Source of the DNA: Myxococcales bacterium
GTDB taxonomy: Bacteria; Myxococcota_A; UBA9042; JABWCM01; BTVJ01
Direction: 5' to 3'
Length of the DNA stretch: 19,387 nucleotides
Assembly (NCBI GenBank): GCA_045863395.1
Contig: BTVJ01000121.1
Location: 1 to 19,387 of the forward strand
A model generated the notes under the pieces. The model was not told the origin of the DNA. It worked only from the letters and a program-made list of their open reading frames with translations, and made no database searches. Numbering within the stretch: the stretch's first letter is position 1; the number at the start of each line of letters is the position of its first letter. The position numbers and the translations under genes were made by a program. Positions 6,219-14,072 of this stretch are shown one piece after another.

Positions 6219-8687
6219 TCAGCGCGCCCAGAGGAAGATCCACGCGACGCCGCTCTGCCCGTAGCTGATCTGGGCGGCGCCGCTGACCCCGATCTGGAAG
6301 GCACCTGGGTAGTACGTGAGCCAGACGTTCCCCGAGGTCGCCGTACTGATGTCCCAGCCGTTGCTCAAGCCCCCGTGCCCCTTGCAGTTGGCGCCGTCGC
6401 CCGTGCACCAGAACCGGTCGGTGTACCAGAACATGCGCGTCGCCGACGGCGTGTAGAGGATGTCGGCGCTGCGGCTCCCCCAGGCGAAGTCGAGCGTGGA
6501 GCTCCCGGTCGGGTGGCGCTTGTGCACCCTGACGGTCGTGGCTCCCGTGCCCGCCATGAAGCGGTTGACGTTGAGGCTCGCCAGGCGCAGCGTGCCGAGG
6601 TCCACATCCGGCTGGTAGGTCGCGAGCGCCCCCAGGTTGATGTCCTGCACCCCGAAGCCCGCATGGAAGCTGCTGTACTGGTTGCGCTGCGCCACCAGGG
6701 TCCACCCGCCCCCGCTCATGTCGCACCACACCTCCACCGGCATGTTGGGTTCATCGTAGGGCACGATGGTGTATGTCCCGCTCCCGGTGCTCTTCCCCGC
6801 GTCGAGGATCGCCTTGCAGCTCTTGTAGCTCGTCGCGCCGATGGATCCGCTCCGCGCCCAGACGTAGATCCAGGCCACGCCGCCCTGGTTGTACCCCACC
6901 CCGGACCCGAACCCGTTGTCGTGCTGGAAGCCGCCCGGCCAGTAGGTGAGCCACTGGTTGGTCGAGCCCGAGTGGCTGATGTCCCACCCGTTGCCGAGCC
7001 CCCCGTGGGCCTTGCAGTTCGCGCCGTCCCCCGTGCACCAGAAGCGGCTCCCGTACCAGAACATGCGTGTCCCCGTGGGGTTGTAGGTCAGGTTCGACGA
7101 CCGCTGCGGCCAGTCGAAGGTCATGGCCGTCGCCGGTGCCGTCGGGTGGATCTTCTCTACCCTCAAGACCGTGTCCCCCGACGCCGCCATGTACGCGTTG
7201 ACGTCCAGGCTCGCCATGCGCGCGGTCCCCAGGTCGACGGTCGGCTGCCAGGCGGCCAGGTCCGGGATGTCCATCTCCGCCGTGGTCCAGGCGGAGTTGA
7301 AGCTGCCGTACTGGTTGCGCTGCGCCACGAGGGTCCAGCCGCCTCCGTCCGTGGTCATGTCGCACCACACCTGCACCGTCTTGCCGCTGGCCCCGGTGGG
7401 GTTGATGGTGTAGGCCCCGCTGGTCGCGCCCGGGTCCGCCAGCTTGATGGCCGAGCAGCTCTTGGGCGCCGGGGCCCCCGATGCCCCACCGCTCAGCGGG
7501 ATCCACTGGCTGCCGTCACAGCCCCGGAAGGTCTTGTCCTGGCTGTCGTAGTAGATGGCGCCCTCGTTGGCCCCGCTGCACGCAGCCGGCGCGCCGCTCG
7601 TCGGTGCCACGCGGAGCCCCGTCACCGGGCCATCGAAGCGCGCCGTCCCCGCCACGTGCAGCAGCGCCTGCGGGCTCGCCGTCCCGACTCCCGTCGCCCC
7701 GTCGTGCTGCACCACCAGCCGTGTGCTCCCCGCCCGCGCCTCCAGGAGCGGCGTCGCCCCGCTGCCCGTGCCCGACACCAGCAGGCCCGTGCCCGGTGCG
7801 GCCGCCCCAAGCCCCGCCGCCGCCGCCGTCAGCCCCCCCTGCACCGTCGTCGCCCCCGCCGAGAGCGGCGCCCACGCGGACCCGTCCGCGCTCCGCACCT
7901 GCAGGGCGTCCGTCCGCACCTGAGCCTGGGCACCCCCGGTGAGGCGCGACGCGCCGAGCTGCACCCCACAGCTCCCTCCGGTCCCGTCCGCGCACGCGAC
8001 CACGCTCTGCCCCACCGTCAGCGTCCCCCCGAGCGCCAGGTTGGCCCCCAGGTCCGCCGACCCCACGCAGCCCGTACACGCGACGTCCGTCGCCGCCCCT
8101 CCGGGGCTCGCGCCTGCGGCCCAGCTCACGCCCAGCTTGTTGGCCGTCACCGAGCCCGTCTGCAGGTGCAGCGCGCCGACGGCCCCACTGGCCAGATCCG
8201 CCGCGTCCACGCACGCCGGGCACTCCAGGTCCGCCGCCGCCCCGCCCTTGGTCGCCGCTCCGGCGTAGGCGAAGCCCACGTCCCCCGCGCCCACGCAGCC
8301 GCTGCACTCCAAGTCCGTCGCCAGCTCGGCCCGGGCCGCGATGATCGCATACGGCGTCGCCAGCAGCGGCCTGCGCGGGAGCGGCGGCTCGCCGGCCACG
8401 CTCACCTCCAGCCACAGCGGGCCCGAGGCGCCCAGGACCGCCGCGGTCGCCGGTGTGATCTGCACGTCGAACACACCGCCGGCCCCGACGACCGTGCCCG
8501 GAAACGCCTTGGTCAGCGCCGCCGTCCCCCCGGTCTGGGACGGGAACAGGCGCATCTCCAGGTCGTAGGTGCCGCTGACGGCCACGCCGGACGAGCTGAG
8601 GAGCTGCCCTTGGACCTGGAGCCCATCCGGGACCGCCGCCGCCGTAGAGCAGAAGAACACGGCCCCGAGGAACGCGAGCACCCGCAT
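6219..8687 (-). CDS. Secreted/surface protein (822 aa) with CxxC repeats, a fibre-like stalk and two tandem fibrinogen-like (WCDMxxxGGGW) modules
   Basis: ATG8687 with GGAGGT RBS; signal peptide MRVLAFLGAVFFCSTAAA; three D(L/V)xCxxCV repeats; GVGTASPQALLHVAG fibre-type motif; two copies of KSC...G.YTI.P...V.VWCDM..GGGWTLVAQRNQY...WAR. Confidence 0.85.
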   Translation of the reverse strand: MRVLAFLGAVFFCSTAAAVPDGLQVQGQLLSSSGVAVSGTYDLEMRLFPSQTGGTAALTKAFPGTVVGAGGVFDVQITPATAAVLGASGPLWLEVSVAGEPPLPRRPLLATPYAIIAARAELATDLECSGCVGAGDVGFAYAGAATKGGAAADLECPACVDAADLASGAVGALHLQTGSVTANKLGVSWAAGASPGGAATDVACTGCVGSADLGANLALGGTLTVGQSVVACADGTGGSCGVQLGASRLTGGAQAQVRTDALQVRSADGSAWAPLSAGATTVQGGLTAAAAGLGAAAPGTGLLVSGTGSGATPLLEARAGSTRLVVQHDGATGVGTASPQALLHVAGTARFDGPVTGLRVAPTSGAPAACSGANEGAIYYDSQDKTFRGCDGSQWIPLSGGASGAPAPKSCSAIKLADPGATSGAYTINPTGASGKTVQVWCDMTTDGGGWTLVAQRNQYGSFNSAWTTAEMDIPDLAAWQPTVDLGTARMASLDVNAYMAASGDTVLRVEKIHPTAPATAMTFDWPQRSSNLTYNPTGTRMFWYGSRFWCTGDGANCKAHGGLGNGWDISHSGSTNQWLTYWPGGFQHDNGFGSGVGYNQGGVAWIYVWARSGSIGATSYKSCKAILDAGKSTGSGTYTIVPYDEPNMPVEVWCDMSGGGWTLVAQRNQYSSFHAGFGVQDINLGALATYQPDVDLGTLRLASLNVNRFMAGTGATTVRVHKRHPTGSSTLDFAWGSRSADILYTPSATRMFWYTDRFWCTGDGANCKGHGGLSNGWDISTATSGNVWLTYYPGAFQIGVSGAAQISYGQSGVAWIFLWAR

Positions 8688-8826
8688 GACACACCTCCGA
8701 TTCCAGTCCCCGGATCCTGCGATCTTCGGAAGCCCAGAGCAACGAGATTCTGCGGCTTCCTGGCCCATGCGGACGTCGTCGTCCCTCCCGGCGTCGCGCG
8801 CGTCGTGCCCTCCGCTGCTCCCTCGG

Positions 8827-8855
8827 TTGACCGCGCCCGCCTGCCCCCGTAGGCT
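8827..8855 (+). promoter_or_regulatory. Putative sigma70-type promoter for the hxsB-like gene
   Basis: TTGACC-17 bp-TAGGCT, upstream of RBS GGAGGT (8871-8876). Confidence 0.45.
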
Positions 8856-8881
8856 CCGCATTCGGGATGCGGAGGTACGAA

Positions 8882-10348
8882 ATGAACGCACGCACGGCCC
8901 CGGCCTTCCTCCGGTGGCGCACCCTCGACGGACGGCACCTGATCACCAACGAGCACGGCGAGTGGCACTGGCTCCCGGAGGACGACCTGCGCGCGCTGCT
9001 GGCGGGGCGCCTCCCCACTTCGTCGCCCCAGTACGAGGCGCTGTCCCGCAAGGGCTTCCTCGCCGCCACCTTCGACGCCTCCCGCGCCCTGGAGCGCCTC
9101 TCCCGGCGCATGCGGGCGGTCCGCTCGGGCCCCAACCTGCACGTGCTCGTCGTGACGCTGCGCTGCAACCACTCCTGCCAGTACTGCCACGCCAGCCGCG
9201 CCCCCATGGACCGGGTCGACACGGACATGAGCCCCGAGACGGCCGACCGCGTGCTCGACGTGATCTTCCAGTCGCCGAGCCCGGCGATCACCATCGAGTT
9301 CCAAGGCGGGGAGCCGCTCGCCAACTTCCCGGTCATCCGGCACGTCATCGAGGGGGCGCGCGCGCGCAACGATGGCCGCGCCCTCTCGTTCTCCCTCGTG
9401 ACCAACCTGAGCCTGATGGACGAGGAGAAGCTCGCGTACCTGATCGACCGGCGGGTCCAGATCTGCACGAGCCTCGACGGCCCCGAGGACATCCACAACC
9501 AGAACCGCAAGTGGGCGGGCGGCAACTCGTTCCAGACCGCCCTCTCGTGGGTGCGCCGCATCAACCAGGCGTGGGACGAAGCGGGCCTCGACCCCACCCT
9601 GTACCGCGTCGAGGCGCTGCCCACCGTCACCCGCGCGGCCCTCCCCCGGTGGAAGGAGCTCGTGGACACCTACGTCGCCGCGGGCTGCCGCTCGCTGTTC
9701 CTCCGCCCCTTGGACCCCTTCGGCTTCGCCAGCCGCACGGGCGACCGTCTCGGGTACCGCATCCGCGACTTCCTCGACTTCTACGCCAACGCCGTCACCT
9801 ACATGATCCAGCTCAACCTGGAAGGCGTCGAGGTCCTGGAGCGCAACGCGGGCATCTTCCTGACCAAGATCCTGAGCGGGGAGGAGCCGAACTTCCTGGA
9901 CATCCGCAGCCCCTGCGGCGCGGGCATCGGGCAGGTCGCCTACAACCACGACGGCCAGGTGTTCACCTGCGACGAGGGGCGCATGGTCCACGAGATGGGC
10001 GACCCGGCCTTCCTGATCGGCGACGCCCGCGACGACTCCTGGGCGAGCATCATCGCCCACCCGACCGTCCGCTCCCTGGTGATGGCCTCGACCCTCGACG
10101 GCCAGCCCGGCTGCTCCACGTGCGCCTACAAGCCCTACTGCGGCGTCTGCCCCGTCGTGAGCTACGAGGAGCAGGGGAGCATCCACGGTCGCACCCTGGA
10201 GACCACCATCTGCCAGAAGCACATGGGCATCCAGGACTTCCTGTTCCGGCTGCTGCGGGACGCGGACCGGCCCACCCTCGACGTCCTGCGTCGCTGGACC
10301 ACCGTGCGGGAGCAGACCCACTTCATCCAGGAGTGTGCCCGCTTGTAA
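8882..10348 (+). CDS. hxsB: Radical SAM/SPASM maturase of the His-Xaa-Ser system HxsB type
   Basis: LHVLVVTLRCNHSCQYCHAS (CxxxCxxC); FQSPSPAITIEFQGGEPL; TSLDGPEDIHN; DIRSPCGAGIGQVAYNHDGQVFTCDEGRM; SPASM motif CSTCAYKPYCGVCPV...C. These motifs are characteristic of HxsB. ATG8882 follows GGAGGT. Confidence 0.85.
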   Translation: MNARTAPAFLRWRTLDGRHLITNEHGEWHWLPEDDLRALLAGRLPTSSPQYEALSRKGFLAATFDASRALERLSRRMRAVRSGPNLHVLVVTLRCNHSCQYCHASRAPMDRVDTDMSPETADRVLDVIFQSPSPAITIEFQGGEPLANFPVIRHVIEGARARNDGRALSFSLVTNLSLMDEEKLAYLIDRRVQICTSLDGPEDIHNQNRKWAGGNSFQTALSWVRRINQAWDEAGLDPTLYRVEALPTVTRAALPRWKELVDTYVAAGCRSLFLRPLDPFGFASRTGDRLGYRIRDFLDFYANAVTYMIQLNLEGVEVLERNAGIFLTKILSGEEPNFLDIRSPCGAGIGQVAYNHDGQVFTCDEGRMVHEMGDPAFLIGDARDDSWASIIAHPTVRSLVMASTLDGQPGCSTCAYKPYCGVCPVVSYEEQGSIHGRTLETTICQKHMGIQDFLFRLLRDADRPTLDVLRRWTTVREQTHFIQECARL

Positions 10349-10377
10349 TCCACGCGCGTCCTGCAGCGCCATGGACG

Positions 10378-10407
10378 TTGTACCCATCCACGCTCGCCGC
10401 CTATCAT
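10378..10407 (+). promoter_or_regulatory. Putative sigma70-type promoter for the hemerythrin-like gene
   Basis: TTGTAC-18 bp-TATCAT in the 87-bp gap; GGAGGA RBS before ATG10436. Confidence 0.4.
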
Positions 10408-10435
10408 GCGCCGCCAGTGAAGCGGAGGACCCGTC

Positions 10436-11371
10436 ATGCACGCACACCCGACCAACATCGTTCCCAACCTGCTCGCCGCCCACAGGGCACAGGACGCCAT
10501 GCTCACCGAGCTGCGCGCGGCCCTCGTCGGCGGTCAGACGGGCAGGGCGAACGACCTTCTGCGACAGGTCGACGGCAAGCTGCGGCGCCACTTCCAGTAC
10601 GAGGAGGAGCTGCTGCTGCCCGCCTACGAGGCGCGGCTCGGCTCCGAGCTGGCCGGCAGCGCCTCGGAGCTGATCTGCGTCGAGCATCGCCGGGTGGAGG
10701 AGCTCCTCGACCGGGCGCGCGTCCTGCTCGATGGGCTGAACGACGCGACCCCCGTCGACCAGGTCCTGGCGCTGGCCGACGCCATCGCCCGCATGGAGCA
10801 CATCCTCGAGCACCACGATCGGAGGGAGGCGGACGCCTTCGACCCCCTCCTCGACGACCTGCTCGAGCTGGACGAGCGCACCGAGATCCTGCGGACCATC
10901 GGTATGCGCGAGGTGGGCGCGCTGCTCGCGGAGGTCGGGCTGCCCTGCCACGACGACGCCATCGGCTATGCCCACGCGCCGGAGCTCCCCCCCAACGACG
11001 CCCCGGGCCTCGACGGGGCGCTCGACGCCTGCGCCGCCTGGCTGTGCGCCTTGCGCTACATGCTGGCGACGGACGCCGCGTCAGACCTGCCGCACGCCAT
11101 CGACGGGGTGAGGCTCGCGCTGGATGCCCTGGATGCGGAGACGGCCGGCGTGGCGAAGCGCGCCGACGAGCGCTTCCGGAAGCTCGTGGAAGGACAGCGC
11201 GAGAAGATGCGCATGCACCTGGGTCGCGTCAGCGCCTGTGTCGCGGCGGGGCTGCCGCAGGACCCCCCGTCCCGCTGGGCCTCCTTCGTGAAGGCCTACG
11301 GCCCGGCGACGACGCTGGCCGGCCTCCTCGACAACCACGCGGTCGCCGTGCGCAGGCAGGCCAGCGCGTAG
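10436..11371 (+). CDS. Hemerythrin/HHE-domain protein with an unassigned helical C-terminal half
   Basis: LLAAH...RRHFQYEEELLLP...EHRRV...EHHDRRE matches the H / HxxxEE / H / HxxxE ligand pattern of hemerythrin-like di-iron bundles. Confidence 0.75.
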   Translation: MHAHPTNIVPNLLAAHRAQDAMLTELRAALVGGQTGRANDLLRQVDGKLRRHFQYEEELLLPAYEARLGSELAGSASELICVEHRRVEELLDRARVLLDGLNDATPVDQVLALADAIARMEHILEHHDRREADAFDPLLDDLLELDERTEILRTIGMREVGALLAEVGLPCHDDAIGYAHAPELPPNDAPGLDGALDACAAWLCALRYMLATDAASDLPHAIDGVRLALDALDAETAGVAKRADERFRKLVEGQREKMRMHLGRVSACVAAGLPQDPPSRWASFVKAYGPATTLAGLLDNHAVAVRRQASA

Positions 11372-11378
11372 CCGCAGC

Positions 11379-12290
11379 TCAGTTGCAGCCGGTGCAGGTC
11401 GCCTCTTTCAGCGTCCACGCCGTGAAGCTGTGCTCCCACACGTTCACCGCGTGCAGGTAGACCACCAGCGCCTCCACGTCCTTGACCGCCGTCACGGCGC
11501 CCCCACCATCCCGCTCCACCATCCCCGAGAACAGGATGGTCGCCTGCCCGGGGAAGTTGAAGTAGACCGTGAAGGAGTCGCCGCTGCCGGTGATCGGCGC
11601 CCGCGAGTCACCGGGGACGCCCGTCTCGCAGTAGCTGGTGTTCCACCCGTTCGACTCCTCCTTGGCGTCGTGGAAGCAGATGGTCGTGTCGATGGGCGAC
11701 CCGGTCGGGCGCGCGTTCTCCGCCTTGTCGATGGAGCCCTTCACGTTGAAGACGCCGGAGATGGGCGGCGGCGAGTTGCCGAAGTTCACGGTGAAGTCGT
11801 TGTCTGCCACCGCCTCCTGCACCGCCGGGTCCTCGACGATCAGGTCGCTCTCCTCGCTGCCCGTGACCGTGTCGTTGGTGGGCTTGGCCTCGACGGGTGC
11901 GCTGGCCGGCAGCTCCACCTTCGGGGGCTCCTGACCCGCGGGGATGCAGTACTTGGCATAGCGGGTGCTCGACGCCTTCCAGCAGTCGTTGATCTGATCG
12001 CAGGAGGACTCCTCGATGCACTTCATCTGGCAGTCCGAGTACCCGAGCAGCGCCCGGTTCTTCGTCTGTGCGCAGTTCTGTGCGCAGTCGGCGCCTCCGA
12101 TGCCGGTCTCCGTGTCCGTGCCCGCGAGCAGCCCCTTGGGCTTGGGCGGCGCGGCGTTGCTGCACGCCTGGACATTGCCGCACACGCCCGTGCAGGACAG
12201 CGCGCCCGAGGTGAGCTCCTCCGCCTTGTCACAGCCCCACAACACCACCGAGGCAGCCAGCGCTGCCGCCAATCCAATCACTCTGTTCAC
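11379..12290 (-). CDS. Cys-rich lipoprotein, hypothetical
   Basis: GTG12290 with GGGAGG RBS; lipobox VLWGC; N-terminal CxxxC repeats; Pro-rich linker; beta-rich C-terminal domain; GC3-biased codons. Confidence 0.8.
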   Translation of the reverse strand: MNRVIGLAAALAASVVLWGCDKAEELTSGALSCTGVCGNVQACSNAAPPKPKGLLAGTDTETGIGGADCAQNCAQTKNRALLGYSDCQMKCIEESSCDQINDCWKASSTRYAKYCIPAGQEPPKVELPASAPVEAKPTNDTVTGSEESDLIVEDPAVQEAVADNDFTVNFGNSPPPISGVFNVKGSIDKAENARPTGSPIDTTICFHDAKEESNGWNTSYCETGVPGDSRAPITGSGDSFTVYFNFPGQATILFSGMVERDGGGAVTAVKDVEALVVYLHAVNVWEHSFTAWTLKEATCTGCN

Positions 12291-12407
12291 TTCGGTCCTC
12301 CCGTCCACGTGAGATGTGTGGCCCGCGGTTCGTCCCGCGCGCGTCGCCCCCGTGTATCACGAATCACGGCCGGGGTGGATGCCCCTTCTCATGCGGTGGA
12401 GCACTTC

Positions 12408-12436
12408 TTGTTCGCGGCGGTGCCCTCGACTACAGT
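12408..12436 (+). promoter_or_regulatory. Putative sigma70-type promoter for the formate dehydrogenase operon
   Basis: TTGTTC-17 bp-TACAGT, overlapping the small inverted repeat GTGGAC-T-GTCCAC (12435-12447). Confidence 0.35.
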
Positions 12437-12509
12437 GGACTGTCCACCCCACCGCCGTCGTTCTTTCCCTGCGGCTGGGGGCAGGCCGCACACGTCCCGC
12501 GGAGACCCG

Positions 12510-14072
12510 ATGGCTGACCCGACCCGCCGCCCCGCTGCCCTGGACGCTCTCCGTGAGGCGGGAGGGCTCTCCCCCGGGGTGGCGCGCCAGGTGGCGCGGC
12601 AGACCGGGGTCCCCGAGGCCCACGTCTGGGGCGCCGGCACCTTCTACCACCTGCTCGCCGAGCCGGACGTGCGGGTGCGCGTCTGCCAGGGGCTCTCCTG
12701 CCGCCTCGCTGGCGCCGAGGCGGTGCTCGTCGCCGCCGTCGAGGCCGGCCTCCCCGCGGCGGGGTGCTCCTGCCTCGCTGCCTGCGACCGGCCCGTCGCC
12801 GTGCTCCGGGACCGGCGCGTCCTCCCGGCCGTGACCCCCGATGACGTGAGCGTCGCGGACTGGCGCGCCGTTCGGTCCTCCGAGGCGCCCGACGACCAGT
12901 GGCGCGGGCACGTGGGACCAGCGCTCGATCCAGACAAGGCCGTCTTCGCCCTCGCGTCGCCTCCCGCGTGGGAGGGTGCGGCGTGGGCCACGGCACAGGC
13001 GCTCGGGGACGCAGCGCTCGTCGACCAGATCGCCGCGTCGGGCCTCCAAGGGCGCGGCGGCGCCGGCTTCCCCGCCGCGGTCAAGTGGCGCTCCGTCCGG
13101 CAGCAGGCGGACCTGGTGCGCCACGTGGTGCTCAACGCCGACGAGGGGGAGCCGGGCACGTTCAAAGACCGGGAGGTGCTGCTGCGGCGCCCCGATCTGG
13201 TCGTCGAGGGCCTCGCAATCGCCGCGTGGGCGGTCGGCGCGGCCGACGTCACCTGCTACCTGCGCGGCGAGTTCGAGCAGCCCTGGGCGGCGCTGAGCGA
13301 CGCCATCGAGCGCCTGCCCTTTCCCGGCATCCGGTTCCACCTGCATGCGGGGGACGGCGCCTACATCTGCGGCGAGGAGACGGCGCTGCTCGAGGCCCTG
13401 GAGGGCAAGCGCGGCATGCCCCGCCTCAAGCCGCCGTTCCCCACCGAGCGGGGCCTGTGGGGGCACCCCACCTTGATGCACAATGTGGAGACCATCGCCG
13501 CGGTCCCGGCCATCGTGCGCAACGGCGGCGCGTGGTTTCGCGCCCTGGGCCGGACCGCCCCCGGCACGAAGCTCTACTGCGTCAGCGGCCACGTCGCGAG
13601 GCCAGGCACCTACGAGCTGCCGCTCGGCGTCACCCTCGACGAGCTGATCGACGCCGCGGGGGGGATGGTGGGCACGCTCCACGCGTTCTCTCCCGGTGGG
13701 GCGAGCTCCGGCTTCCTGCCGGCGAGCGAGCGGACCCGCCCCCTGGACTTCAAGGCGCTCGCCGAGGTGGGCTCCATGCTCGGGTCGGCCGGGGTGGTGG
13801 TGCTCAACGACACGGTGGACATGGCCGCCGCGGTGCGCGACCAGCTCGCCTTCTTCGAGGCGGAGAGCTGCGGCCAGTGCGCCCCCTGCCGCATCGGCAC
13901 CCGCTTCCAGCGAGAGGCGCTGGACCGCCACCGCCAGGGGATCGCTGGCGCCTTGGCGCAGGTCGACGAGGTGGCGTGGCAGATGGGGGAGGGCTCGATC
14001 TGCGGGCTCGGGCAGGCGGCGTCGTTGCCCCTGACCAGCGCGCTCCGACACTTTCCGGAGGACCTCCGATGA
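12510..14072 (+). CDS. Fused NuoE-like [2Fe-2S] plus NuoF-like FMN/NADH-binding diaphorase subunit of NAD-linked formate dehydrogenase (FdsG-FdsB-like, 520 aa)
   Basis: ATG12510 after GGAG. NuoE-like part: TFY...VCQGLSC...CLAAC. NuoF-like part: SGLQGRGGAGFP, NADEGEPGTFKDR, GAYICGEETALLEALEG, ESCGQCAPCRIG, SICGLG. Confidence 0.92.
   Translation: MADPTRRPAALDALREAGGLSPGVARQVARQTGVPEAHVWGAGTFYHLLAEPDVRVRVCQGLSCRLAGAEAVLVAAVEAGLPAAGCSCLAACDRPVAVLRDRRVLPAVTPDDVSVADWRAVRSSEAPDDQWRGHVGPALDPDKAVFALASPPAWEGAAWATAQALGDAALVDQIAASGLQGRGGAGFPAAVKWRSVRQQADLVRHVVLNADEGEPGTFKDREVLLRRPDLVVEGLAIAAWAVGAADVTCYLRGEFEQPWAALSDAIERLPFPGIRFHLHAGDGAYICGEETALLEALEGKRGMPRLKPPFPTERGLWGHPTLMHNVETIAAVPAIVRNGGAWFRALGRTAPGTKLYCVSGHVARPGTYELPLGVTLDELIDAAGGMVGTLHAFSPGGASSGFLPASERTRPLDFKALAEVGSMLGSAGVVVLNDTVDMAAAVRDQLAFFEAESCGQCAPCRIGTRFQREALDRHRQGIAGALAQVDEVAWQMGEGSICGLGQAASLPLTSALRHFPEDLR

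Noticed and set aside
8795..8810. Sigma54 promoter (GGGCACG-N4-GCGC, minus strand) upstream of the secreted protein gene
   Set aside because: It has the GG-N10-GC spacing but lacks the TTGC -12 element, and is likely by chance at this GC content.
8688..8891. N-terminal extension of the secreted protein to 8891
   Set aside because: A strong RBS and signal peptide start at ATG8687, and the extension would overlap the divergent hxsB start.
11430..12509. Long N-terminal extension of the NuoEF ORF (880 aa in the track)
   Set aside because: It is antisense to the lipoprotein gene and crosses the intergenic region. Homology and an RBS begin at ATG12510.
12437..12509. Moco/Wco riboswitch in the fdh leader
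   Set aside because: Only small hairpins are visible and I cannot match the conserved motif by eye. An Rfam/Infernal scan would settle it.
12510..14072. Respiratory complex I (nuo) operon
   Set aside because: No membrane or other nuo subunits are present. The gene is coupled to a formate dehydrogenase alpha subunit and fdhD.
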